Source: Okamejei kenojei (taxonomy: Eukaryota). From it: a stretch of 64,000 nt of DNA. The stretch covers positions 1 to 64,000 of the forward strand of contig JAVHYY010000289.1 in assembly GCA_035221665.1 (NCBI GenBank), in the 5' to 3' direction. A program made the translations under genes and the position numbers. The notes under the pieces were generated by a model. The model searched no databases, was not told the origin of the DNA, and saw only the letters and a program-made list of their open reading frames with translations. Shown here in pieces: positions 46,072 through 58,959 of the stretch; the first letter of the stretch is position 1, and the number at the start of each line of letters is the position of its first letter.

Positions 46072-49000
46072 TAAACTAGAAAGGCTGGGGGGAGGGACTC
46101 GGGCAGACCTCCCCCAGGGGTGCTTAGGGGTCAGGGTGTGGGGCAAGAGGCAGAGAAGGGAAGCACTCGGATCCAAAATGTAGGCGAGAAAGATGAAAAA
46201 AGATAATGAGACAGAGAATAAGGGATGGTGGGTTTCTAAAATGTGTATATTTTAATGCTAGGAGCATTGTAAGTAAGGTGGATGAACTTAGAGCCTGGAT
46301 TGACACCTGGAAATACGATGTTGTGGCAATCAGTGAAACATGGTTGCAGGAGGGCTGTGATTGGAAACTAAATATTCCAGGATTTCGTTGCTTCAGGTGT
46401 GATAGAATTGGAGGGACCAGAGGGGGCGGTGTTGCATTGCTTGTCAGAGAAGATATTACAGCAGTGCTTTGGCAGGATAGATTAGAGGGCTCGTCTAGGG
46501 AGGCTATTTGGGTGGAACTGAGAAGTGGGAACGGTGTAGCAACACTTTTAGGGGTGTATTATAGACCGCCAAATGGGGAGCGAGAATTGGAAGAGCAAAT
46601 ATGTAAGGAGATAGCAGATATTAGTAGTAAGCACAAGGTAGTGATTGTGGGAAATTTCAATTTTCCAAAAATAGACTGGGAAACACATTCTGTAAAGGGG
46701 CTGGATGGTTTGGAGTTTGTAAAATGTGTACAGAATAGTTTTTTGCAGCAGTACATAGAGGTATCAACCAGAGAAGGGGCAGTGCTGGACCTCCTGTTAG
46801 GAAATGAGGCAGGTCAGGTGACGGAGGTATGCGTTGGTGAGCACTTCGGGACCAGTGATCACAATACCATTAGTTTCAATATAATTATGGAGAGAGTCAG
46901 AACTGGACCTAGGGTGGAGATTTTTGATTGGAGAAAGGCTAACTTTGAGGGAATGCGTAAGGATTTTAAAGGAGTGAATTGGGACACTTTGTTTCATGGG
47001 AAGGATGTAGAAGAGAAATGGAGTACATTTAAAGGGGAAATTGTAAGAGTACAGAATCTTTATGTCCCTGTTAGGTTGAAAAGAAATAGTAAAAATTGGA
47101 AAGAGCCATGGTTTTCAAGGGAAATTGGACACTTGTTTCGAAAAAAGAGAGATATCTACAATAATTATAGGAGGCATGGAGTAACTGAGGTGCTAGAGGA
47201 GTATAAAGAATGTAAAAAGAATCTTAAGAAAGAAATTAGGAAGGCTAAAAGAAGATATGAGGTTACTTTGGCAAGAAAGGTGAAAGTAAACCCAAAGGGT
47301 TTCTACAGCTATATTAATAGCAAAAGGATAACGAGGGATAAAATTGGACCATTAGAGAACCAGAATGGACAGCTATCTGCAGAGCTAAAAGAGATGGGGG
47401 AGATATTGAACAATTTATTTTCTTCGGTATTCACCAAGGAGAAGGATATTGAACTCTGTGAGTTAAGGGGAAAAAGTAGAGTAGCTATGGGAAACTATGA
47501 GATTCAAAGAGGAGGAAGTACTGACACTTTTGAAAAATATAAAAGTGGATAAATCTCCAGGTCCTGACAGGATATTCCCTAGGACATTGAGGGAAGTTAG
47601 TGTAGAAATAGCAGGAGCTATGACAGAAATATTTAAAATGTCATTAGAAACGGGAATAGTGCCGGAGGATTGGCGTACTGCGCATGTTGTTCCATTGTTT
47701 AAAAAGGGTTCAAAGAATAAACCTAGCAATTATAGACCTATTAGTTTGACGTCAGTGGTGGGCAAATTAATGGAAAGGATACTTAGAGATAATATATATA
47801 AGCATCTGGATAAACAGGGTCTGATCAGGAACAGTCAACATGGATTTGTGCCTGGAAGGTCATGTTTGACAAACCTTCTTGAATTTTTTGAAGCGGTAAC
47901 TAGGGAAATTGATGAGGGTAAAGCAGTGGATGTTGTCTATATGGATTTCAGTAAGGCCTTTGACAAGGTTCCCCATGGAAGGTTGGTTAAGAAGGTTCAA
48001 TCTTTGGGTGTTAATGGCGGAGTAGCAAGATGGATTCAACAGTGGCTGAATTGGAGATGTCAGAGAGTAATGGTGGATGGCTGTTTGTCAGGTTGGAAGC
48101 CGGTGACCAGTGGGGTGCCTCAGGGATCTGTGTTGGGTCCACTGTTGTTTGTCATGTACATCAATGATCTGGATGATGGGGTGGAAAATTGGATAAGTAA
48201 GTATGCAGATGATACTAAGATAGGTGGTGTTGTGGATAATGAAGTAGATTTTCAAAGTCTACAGAGAGATTTGGGCCATTTGGAAAAGTGGGCTGAAAGA
48301 TGGCAGATGGAGTTTAATGCTGATAAGTGTGAAGTGCTACATCTTGGCAGGACAAATCAAAATAGGACATACATGGTAAATGGTAGGGAATTGAGGAATG
48401 CTGTGGAACAGAGGGATCTAGGAATAACTGTGCATAGTTCCCTGAAGGTGGAATCGCATGTAGATAGGGTGGTAAAGAAAGCCTTTGGTGTGCTGGCCTT
48501 TATAAATCAGAGCATTGAATATAGGAGTAGGGAAGTAATGTTAAAATTGTACAAGGCATTGGTAAGACCAATTCTGGAGTATGGTGTACAATTTTGGTCG
48601 CCTAGTTATAGGAAGGATGTCAACAAAATAGAGAGAGTACAGAGGAGATTTACTAGAATGTTGCCAGGGTTCCAGCAACTATGTTACAGAGAAAGGTTGA
48701 ACAAGTTAGGTCTTTATTCTTTGGAGCGCAGAAGGTTAAGGGGAGACTTGATTGAGGTCTTTAAAATGATGAAAGGGATAGACAGAGTTAACGTGGATAC
48801 GTTTTGCCCATTGAGGGTAGGGAAGATTCAAACAAGAGGGCATGATATGAGAATTAAGGGACAGAAGTTTCGGGGTAATGTGAGGGGGAACTTCTTTACT
48901 CAGAGGGTGGTGGCTGTGTGGAATGAGCTTCCAGCAGAAGTGGTGGAGGCAGGATCGATTTTAACATTTAAGAGTAAAGTGCATAGGTATATGGACGAAA

Positions 49001-49131
49001 AGGGAATAGAGGGGTATGGTCTGAGTGCAGGTAGATGGGACTAGGGGAAAACAAATGGTCGGCACGGACTGGAAGGGCCGAGAGGGCCTGTTTCCGTGCT
49101 GTAATTGTTATATGGTTATATGGTTATATGG
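46072..49131 (+). mobile_element. Young CR1 LINE with nearly intact ORF2 (APE + RT)
   Basis: ORF 46206-47552 (NARS, SETW, GGGV, YRPP, SDH) overlaps ORF 47497-49044 ([14 protein letters not shown]). Single frameshift near 47490. (TTATATGG)3 tail. Confidence 0.96.
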
Positions 49132-50490
49132 TCTCCAAGTGTATCCCTGGGACTGAGGAGCATACTTATGAAGAAAATCAGGAGGGCAAAAAGGAGGAAG
49201 AAGATATCTGGCAAATGAGAATCCAAAGAGATTTGGTAAGTACATTAAAGGAAAAGTAACGAGAGAGAATAAACATAAAATATAGCCCCTCAGAAAGCAA
49301 GGGATCATCTATATGTGGAGCCACAGGAGATGGGCAAGGTCCTCAATGAGTCCCTCATGTGTGTTTTTAGTTGGAAAAAGACATGAAGGCGAGGGAACTT
49401 GGGAAAGTTAATGGAGATGGTTTCAGGACAGTCCATATTATACAGCTGAGGTGCTGAATGTCCTAAGGCACATGAAGGTAGATAAATCCCCTGGGCATGT
49501 TCAGATATATCCGAGGAAATTGTGGAACGCTAGAGAATTAATGGTAGGAGCCTTGGCTGATGTATAAATATGCTCAGAAATCTGCTCAGAAGGGTAGGGA
49601 AAAGAAGAGGAAGGCAATAGTAATAGGAGGGCAATAGTTAGGGGGTCAGATAGGCGATTCTGTGGACGCAGTCAGGAGACCCGGTTGGTAGTTTGCCTCC
49701 CTGGTGCCAGGGTCTGGGATGTGTCTGAACGTGTCCAAGGTATCCTGAAATGGGAGGGAGAGGAGCCTGAGGTCGTGGTGCATATAGGTACCAATGACAT
49801 AGGTAGAAAAAGAGAAGAGGTCCTGAAAGGAGAATTTAGGGAGTTAGGAGGAGAGTTAAGGAGAAGGACCGCAAAGGTAACAATCTCAGGATTACTGCCT
49901 GTGCCACGCGACAGTGAAAGTAGGAAATGGAGCGAGGTGGAGGATCAATGCGTGGCTAAAGGACTGGTGCAGAGGGCAGGGATTCAGGTTTCTGGGATCT
50001 CTATTGGGGAAGGTGTGACCTGTACAAAAAGGACAGGTTGCACTTGAACCCGAGGGGGACCAATATCCTGGCGGGGAGATTTGCAAAGGCTACTGGGGAG
50101 ACTTTAAACTAGAACGGTTGGGGGGGAGGGACTCAAATAGAGAAAGCTGGTAGTCAGTGTGTGAGGCAGGAGGCAGAGAAGGGAAGGACTCAGACCCAAC
50201 ATATAGGGGAGAAAGAAGAAAAAGATAATAAACAGAGAATAAGAGGTGGTGGGTTTCTTAAATGTGTGAGCAGAGAGACAGAGGGGTGTAAAATGAGGGT
50301 AGAAGCAATAGGTAGCAAGGTGAAAAGTAAAAGTGGCAGGCAGACAAATCCAGGGCAAAAATCAAAAAAGGCCTCTTTTCAACATAATTGTATAAGGGGT
50401 AAGAGTGTTTAAAAACAAGCCTGAAGGCTTTATGTCTCAATGCAAGGAGCATTCGTAATGAGGTGGACGAGTTGAATGTGCAGATAGTTA

Positions 50491-53386
50491 TTTCATTTCG
50501 GAGTCACGTGAGTGATTCCGTGAAGAAGCCCGTCAGAATGCATACGCGTCAATACGTCGACGCATGGCGTAACGCTGACTGGCGGGCGCGCTGTTCCAGC
50601 CAGCGGTAACCAGACTGATTCCTGGGATGTCAGGACTGTCTTATGAAGAAAGACTGGATAGACTCGGTTTATACTCTCTAGAATTTAGGAGATTGAGAGG
50701 GGATCTTATAGAAACTTACAAAATTCTTAAGGGGTTGGACAGGCTTGATGCAGGAAGATTGTACCCGATGTTGGGGAGGTCCAGGACAATGGGGTCACAG
50801 CTTAAGGATAAGGGGGAAATCCTTTAGGACCGAGATGAGAAGGACTTTTTTCACACACAGAGTGGTGGGTCTCTGGAACTCTCTGCCACAGAGGGTAGTG
50901 GTGGCCAGTTCATTGGATATATTTAAGAGGAGTTAGATGTGGCCCTTGTGGCTAAGGGGATCAGAGGGTATGGAGAGAAGGCAGGTACGGGAAACTGAGT
51001 TGGATGATCAGCCATGATCATATTGAATGGCAGTGCAGGCTCGAAGGGCCGAATGTCCTACTCCTGCACCTAATTTCTATGTTTCTATGTAAGTTTAACC
51101 CTGAAGATAAGTTTTTAAACTTCAGGTTAGGCTTCCATTGCGGGAATCTCTTCTTACAGAGTTTCCTGCTGGATTTCGGGGTGAAGTCGGGACCGTGGGG
51201 AAACCTTTTTGGACCGCAGGGAATCCCAGTCACGGACCGTGGGGAATCCCGGTCATGACCTGCGGCTTCAGACTGGTGCCGGCAGCACCTTGGCAAACCC
51301 ACTTGGAGGGCAGCCACGGAGAAAGTCCGTACGGCCCGATGACTCAAACGAGTCGGGCCAGGAGGATTCCTATTGAGAGGATCCCCTCCTTCAATAAGTA
51401 CCGTTCTTCGGACGTCTAACCCACATGGAGCACCTATCGGAGAGGTGCTCCACAATGGTATGCTCCAAGGAGGGAGTTATATTACCTGCGGGGCCCGCGG
51501 CAACAGCACCTGTGTACAGGGCTGCACACTGTCTCCCTCTCTGAAGAGGGGAGCAGTCGGGGTCAGCTCTGTCTGACTTGGAGCTCAGAGGTATTGCCGG
51601 GAGCATGCCACGAGGCACGAAGGATATGGCCCGTGGAGGGGCCACATCAGCGCAGGTCTCCTCGGGGCCTGCGGCAACAACACCTGTGTACAGGGTCGCA
51701 CACTGACTGCCTCTCTGAGCAACGGAGCAGTCGGGGTCAGTGTGTAACTGACCCCAAACACGGAAGTATGTCCATGGCACATACTGGAGTCCCTGAAAGT
51801 ACTGGCAGAGAACAGCGCTATCAAGGGTGATGTTGGCGGGGCATGGTACCCCAGGAAACCAGCCGCCGTATCTGCTATTCAGGTAAAGCCTATTCAACTG
51901 GCGAGACCTGCATGAGGGAGCTAAAGCTATCGAACTACAAGTACAGCCTCATCGTTTCGGCGACAATACACCCCACACCTCTATCGGCAGCAAGCGGTTC
52001 ACTGAAGCTGGTGGCAGCCAGCAAGCTGGGCACAGGGCTTTAAGCCAAGGCCCAAGCCGGTCTCAGGAAAAATATGGGATCCACGTACCCTACTAGTCCT
52101 CTCCAATCAAGGATGGAAATAGAACCCGCATGAGGGGCCTTTGGGCTTACCATAAGACCACCGGTAGCCATGAAGGTAGGTGGGTCTGGTTCTTTCCTAA
52201 ACATGGGGTATGTGGACCAGTTACAAGTTGGAAACCCTTGTAAAAACCTGTAAACAACCTTATTGTCATGAAGCAGTCTCTATTCATCAAGAGTATTGGC
52301 AATATAGTGGCTGTGTCTTCAGCTGTGCATTTGGACCTTGCATTTTCAGTGCCATGTACGCCAGTAGGGTCCAGCTACATCTCTATACCTGGTCAAACTC
52401 ACTTACAAAGTGTTTATGCTTATGACGCTAATCTCAGCACAAATGGTTCAGCCACTAGTTATTGCGACTGGACAGGATGGCTACATCTGCTAATAGAGGG
52501 GCGTCAGGTCCCAAGCTACTTCTCATGGCATACCCCATGGACCTTTGGTTGTCTGTAGTCAGTCATTTACAACAATACGTCAAGGTCACCAAGAGCCTTA
52601 GAGGATCTGCACTAGCAATGGTTGTTAGTTACTAAAAACCTCATAAAAGGTTTCTATCCAGACCATCTCTAGGTGGTCAAACAGGGTTTTGGCTAATGCA
52701 GAAGTAGATACTATATCTTCTATCTCACTCCACTAGGGCTGCTACTACATTAGCAGCAAGGGTCATGTACGTTCCACTGGACCACACCCTAGCGGCTGCA
52801 GGATGGTCAACCGAATGAACATTCCACCATTTTATGATAACCCATTGCCATATTTGCCAAATTCCATTTATGATTTGTTTCATAGTATCCCCCAGGATGG
52901 AAGGGGTCACTATTATTCTCCTTTGATGATTAAAGCATCAGCATTTTTAACAAACGATGTCATGGCTGAATACATTAATCTTTTTTCACTCATCCATGGT
53001 CAATTGATGCAGTATGCGACGCCTGGACTCGTATCCGGCATGAAATCACAGAGCTTTGTAGTCTTCACAGAATCACTCTCATGACTCCGAAATTGAAATA
53101 GTAAGATTAAATAAGAACTTACCAGTTTGAAATTTGATCTTTATTTTATGAGGAGTTACGATGAGCGATTACGTGCCCACCGCTCCCAACCCTCGTATCA
53201 TAAAGGTCATCTGGTAGTTCTCAAGTTCTCTCCAATCTTACTATATTCAGGTCAACAACACACCGCTGCTTTGAAGATTGTTGCGTATGCATTCTGACGG
53301 GCTTCCTCACGTAATCGCTTATCGTAACTCCTCATGAAATAAAGATCAAACTTCAAACTGGTAAGTTCTCGTTTAATCTTACTATT
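50491..53386 (+). mobile_element. Internally deleted DIRS1-like element with complete ITR/ICR termini
   Basis: Left end 50491-50547, ICR 53063-53175, right ITR plus extension 53283-53386. YR remnant SHSTRAATTLAARVMYVPLDHTLAAAGWST at ~52723-52812. Confidence 0.9.
50610..51088 (+). mobile_element. CR1 3' fragment nested in DIRS
   Basis: MSGLSYEERLDRLGLYSLEFRRLRGDLIETYK..., CTATGTTTCTAT tail, GTAA on both flanks. Confidence 0.9.
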
Positions 53387-55699
53387 AATGAATATGATAT
53401 AATTGGGATCTCGGAGACATGGCTCCAGGGTGACCAAGACTGGGAGCTGAACATCCAGGGATATTCAATATTCAGGAGGGATAGACAGAAAGGAAAAGGA
53501 GGTGGGGTAGCGTTGCTGGTTAGAGAGGAGATTAACACCATAGAAAGGAAGGACATTAGCTTGGAGGATGTGGAATCGTTATGGGTAGAGCTGCGAAACA
53601 CTAAGGGGCAGAAAACGCTAGTGGAAGTTGTGTACAGGCCACCTAACAGTAGTAGTGGAGTTGGGGATGGCATCAAACAGGAAATTAGAAATGCGTGCAA
53701 CAAAGGCAAAAAAAATGGGCGACTTCAATCTACATATAGATTGGGTGAATCAAATTGGCAGGGGTGCTGAGGAAGAGGATTTCTTGGAATGTATGCGGGA
53801 TAGTTTTCTAAACCAACATGTAGAGGAACCAACGAGAGAGCAGGCTATTCTAGACTGGGTAATGAGGAAGGGTTAGTTAACAGTCTTGTTGTGCGTGGCC
53901 CCTTGGGCAAGAGTGACCATAATATGGTTGAGTTCTTCATTAGGATGGAGAGTGACATAATTAATTCAGAAACAAGGTTTCTGAACTTAAAGAATGGTAA
54001 CTTTGAGGTTATGAGACGTGAATTTGCCAAGATAGACTGGCAATTGATTCTTAAAGGGTTGACGGTGGATAGGCAATGGAAGGCATTTAAAGACTGCATG
54101 GATGAACTACAACAATTGTTCATCCCAGTTTGCCAAAAGAATAAATCAGGGAAGGTAGTGCATCCGTGGATAACAAGGGAAATCAGGGATAGTATCAAAA
54201 CAAAAGATGAAGCATACATATTAGCCAGAAATAGCAGTCTACCAGAGGACTGGGAGAAATTCAGAGTCCAGCAGAGGAGGACAAAGGGCTTGATTAGGAA
54301 AGGGAAAATAGATTATGAAACAAAACTGGCAGGGAACATAAAAACTGACTGCAAAAGTTTTTATAGATATGTGAAAAGAAAAAGATTAGTTAAAACAAAT
54401 GTAGGTCCCTTGCAGTCAGAAACAGGTGAATTGATCATGGGGAACAAGGACATGGCAGATCAATTGAATAACTACTTTGGTTCTGTCTTCACAAAGGAAG
54501 ACATAAATAATCTGCCGGAAATAGCAGGAGACCAGGGGTCAAATGAGATGGAGGAACTGAGTGAAATCCAGGTTAGCCGGGAAGTGGTGTTAGGTAAATT
54601 GAGTGGATTAAAGGCCGATAAATTCCCAGGGCCATATAGGCTGCATCCCAGAGTGCTTAAGGAAGTAGCCCCAGAAATAGTGGATGCATTAGTGATAATT
54701 TTTCAAAACTCTCTAGATTCTGGAGTAGTTCCTGAGGTTTGGAGGGTAGCTAATGTAACCCCACTTTTTAAAAAGGGAGGGATAGAGAAAACGGGATAGA
54801 TGAAAATTGCTAGAGTCAGTTATTAAAGATTGGATAGCAGCACATTTGGAAAGTGGTGAAATCATTGGACAAAGTCAGCATAGATTTATGACAGGTAAAT
54901 CATGTCTGACGAATCTTATAGAATTTTTCGAGGATGTAACTAGTAGAGTGGATAAGGGAGAACCAGTGGATGCGTTATATCTGGACTTTCAGAAGGTTTT
55001 CGACAAGGTCCCACATAAGAGATTAGTATGAAAACTTAAAGCACACGGTATTTGGAGCTCAGTATTGATGTGGATAGAGAACTGGCTGGCAGACAAGAAG
55101 CAAAGAGTAGGAGTAAACGGGTCCTTTTCAGAATACAGGCAGTGACTAGTGGGGTACTGCCAGGCTCAGTGCTGGGACCCCAGCTATTTACAATATATAT
55201 TAATGATCTGGATGGGGGAATTGAATGCAACATCTCCAAGTTTGCGGATGACACGAAGCTGGGGGGGCAGTGTTACCTGTGAGGAGGATGCTAGGAGGAT
55301 GCAAGGTGACTTGGATAGGTTGGGTGAGTGGGCAAATGCACGGCAGATGCAGTATAATGTGGATAAATGTGAGGTTATCCACTTTGGTGGCAAAAACAGG
55401 AAATTAAACTATTATCTGAATGGTGGCCGATTAGGAAAAGGGGAGATGCAACGAGACCTGGGTTTCATGGTACACCAGTCATTGAAAGTAGGCATGCAGG
55501 TGCAGCAGGCAGTGAAGAAAATGAATGGTATGTTAGCATTCATGTGGCTAAAGGGATCAGGGGGTATGGAGAGAAGGTAGGTACAGGATACTGAGTTGGA
55601 TGATCAGCCATGATCATATTGAATGGCGGTGCAGGCTCGAAGGGCCGAGTGGCCTACTCCTGAAATTGTTGCAATACTCTTTTATATTATTAGTAGCTT

Positions 55700-58231
55700 A
55701 CCTTCCTACAAGGGCCACATCTAACTCCCTCTTAAATATAGCCAATGAACTGGCCTCAACTACCTTCTGTGGCAGAGAATTTCAGAGACTCGCCACTCTC
55801 TGTGTGAAAAATGTTTTTCTAATCTCGGTCCTAAAGGAATTCCCCCTTATCCTTAGACTGTGACCCCTTGCTCTGGACCTCTCCCAACATCGGGAACAAT
55901 CTTCCTGCATCTAGCCTATCCAACCCCTTAAGAATTTTGTAAGTTTCTATACGATCCCCCTTCAATCTTCTAAATTCTAGCAAGTACAAGCCAAGTCTAT
56001 CTAGTCTTTCCTCATATGAAAGTCCTGACATCCCAGGAATCAGTCTGGTGAACCTTCTCTGTACCCCTTCTATGGCAAGAATGTATTTTCTCAGATTTGG
56101 AGACCAAAACTGTACGCAGTTACTCCAGGCGTGGTCTCACCAAAACCCTGTACAACTGCAGTAGAACCTCCCTGCCCCTATACTCAAGTCCTTTTGCTAT
56201 AAATGCTAACATACCATTTGCTTTCTTCACTGCCTGCTGCACCTGCATGCTTACTTTCAATGATTGGTGTACCATGACACCCAGGTCTCGTTGCATTTCT
56301 CCTTTTCCTAATTTGCCACCATTAAGATAATAGTCTACCCTCCTGTTTTTGCCACCAAAGTGAATAGCCTCACATTTATCCACATTCTACTGCATCTGCC
56401 ATGCATTTGCCCACTCACCCAGCCTATCCAAGTCACCTTGCAGACTCCTAGCATCCTCCTCACACCTAACACTACCCCCCAGCTTAGTGTCATCCACAAA
56501 CTTGGAGATGTTGCATTCAATTCCCGCATCCAAATCATTCATATATATTGTAAATAGCTGGGGTCCCAGCACTGAGCCTTGCGGTACCCCACTAGTCATT
56601 GCCTGCCATTCTGAAAAGGACCCGTTTACTCTTACCCTTTGCTTCCTGTCTGCCAGCCAGTTCTCTATCTACATCAATACTGAACCCCCAATACCGTGTG
56701 CTTTAAGTTTGAAAGCCTTCTGAAAGTCTAGATATAACACATCCACTGGTTCTCCATTATCCACTCTGCTAGTTACATCCTCAAAAAAGTCTATAAGATT
56801 CGTCAGACATGATTTACCTTTCGTAAATCCATGCTGACTTTGTCTAATGATTTCAAAAGTACTGCTATCCCATCTTTAATAACTGACTCTAGCAGTTTCC
56901 CCACTACCGATGTTAGACTAACTGGTCTGTATTTCCCCGTTTTCTCTATCCCTCCTTTTTAAAAAAGTGGGGTTACATTAGCTACCCCCCAATCCTCAGG
57001 AACTACTCCAGAATCTAAGGAGTTTTGAAAAATTATCACTAATGCATCCACTATTTCTGTGGCTACTTCCTTGAGTACTCTGGGATGCAGACTATCTGGC
57101 CCTGAGGATTTATCGGCCTTTAATCCATTCAATTTACCCAACACCACTTCTCGGCTAACCTGGATTTCACTCAGTTCTGCCACCTTATTTGACCCCCGGT
57201 CCCCTGCTATTTCCAGCAGATTATTTATGTCTTCCTTAGTGAAGACAGAACCAAAGTAGTTATCCAATTGGTCTGCCATGTCCTTGTTCCCCATGATCAA
57301 TTCACCAGTTTCTGACTGCAAGGGACCTACATTTGTTTTAACTAATCTCTTTCTCTTCACATATCTATAAAAAAAATTGCAGTCAGTTTTTATGTTCCCT
57401 GCCAGTTTTCTTTCATAATTTATTTTCCCTTTCCTAATTAAGCTCTTTGTCCTCCTCTGCAGAACTCTGAATTTCTCCCAGTCCTCTGGTAGGCTGCTTT
57501 TTCTGGCTAATTTGTATGTTTCATCTTTTGTTTTTATACTTTACCTGATTTTCCTCATTATCCATGGATGCGCTACCTGCCCTGATTTATTCTTTTGCCA
57601 AACTTGGATGAACAATTGTTGTAGTTCATCCATGCAGTCTTTAAATACCTTCCATTGCACATCCACTGTCAACCCTTTAAGAATCACTTGCCAGTCTATC
57701 TTGGCCAATTCACTTCTCATACCTTCAAAGTTACCTTTGTTTAAGTCCAGAACCCTTGTTTCTGACTTAATTATGTCACTCTCCATCCTAATGAAGAACT
57801 CAACCATATTATGGTCACTCTTGCCCAAGGGGCCCCGCACAACAAGACTGCTAACTAACCCTTCCTCATTACTCAATACCCAGTCTAGAATGGCCTGCTC
57901 TCTCATTGGTTCCTCTACATGTTGGTTTAGAAATCTATCCCGCATACATTCCAAGAAATCCTCTTCCTCAGCACCCCTGCCCATTTGATTCACCCAATCT
58001 ATATGTAGATTGAAGTTACCCTTTATAACTGTTTTACCCTTGTTGCACGCATTTCTAATTTCCTGTTTGATGCCATCCCCAACTCCACTACTACTGTTAG
58101 GTGGCCTGTACACAACTTCCACTAGCGTTTTCTGCCCCTTAGAATTTCGCAGCTCTACCCATATCGATTCCACATCCTCCAAGCTAATGTCCTTCCTTTC
58201 TATTGCATTAATCTCCTCTCTCACCAGCAAC
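55700..58231 (-). mobile_element. CR1 LINE ORF2, inverted relative to the neighbouring copy
   Basis: ORFs 57541-58233, 56959-57360, 56387-56599, 56120-56383 and 55831-56031. Same subfamily as 53387-55662. Confidence 0.93.
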
Positions 58232-58935
58232 ATACGAGGGATTTGATTTGCAACACAGTCATACTAATAAAAAGCAACAGAACACACAAAATATATTTTA
58301 ACATACACATCCACCACAGTGACTCCTCCACATTCCTCATTATGATGGATGGCGAAAAAAAGTTAAATCTCTTCCCTTTTTTGTCCTCCAGCGGTCGGGG
58401 GCCTCTAACCTTCTGTTGACGGGACGATCTTAGTCCCATAGCCAACAGCAGGCGTCCTCGTTGGGGCAATCAAGCTCCTGCATCGGGGATGGAATCTCAG
58501 CTTCCCTGCGCCGGGCGATCAACCTCAGGTCGGGGCTAGTCGAACGTTGTGCGGTTCTGGAGCTTCCCGACTCTGACCTTCCCGAGACCGCGAGCTCCTT
58601 GATGTTAAAGTCAGCAGGTTGCGATTGGAGGCCCAAGCAAGGAATCGATCCCAAGCAAGGAATCTGCTCCGATGGTAAGCCCACATCCCCGCTGGGGGGG
58701 GGGGGCTCAAAGTCGGTCTCGAGCAAGGCCTCCAGCTCCACGAAGTTAGGCTGCAGAGCGACCAGAGATACGATCCGGAAAACAATCGCATCTCCGGAGA
58801 TTGATAAAACGTTCACCCCCCCCACAAAAAACAAACCAGAGAACATTAACAAAAACTTTTTAAACACGCTAAAAATAACAAAAAAAAATACGAAAAGGAC
58901 AGACAGACTGCAGGCGAGGCTGCCATCAAAGTGCC
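58232..58935 (-). repeat. Unclassified interspersed repeat (probable non-autonomous retroelement)
   Basis: GC-rich 5' portion and a T-rich tract, with a LINE-like 3' end (CAAATCAAATC). It truncates the adjacent CR1. No credible protein. Confidence 0.4.
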
Positions 58936-58959
58936 ACCTGGTGAAGGTGATAAAGTCAC

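Larger units (their letters stand above)
49585..55662 (+). mobile_element. CR1 LINE (ORF1 SGNH esterase + ORF2) interrupted by a DIRS element
   Basis: ORF1 CLPGARV...VVHIGTNDIG at 49685-50047. The APE frame VQIV/INEYDIIGISETW is restored on removing the DIRS insert. RT and 3' UTR extend to ~55660. Confidence 0.92.
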
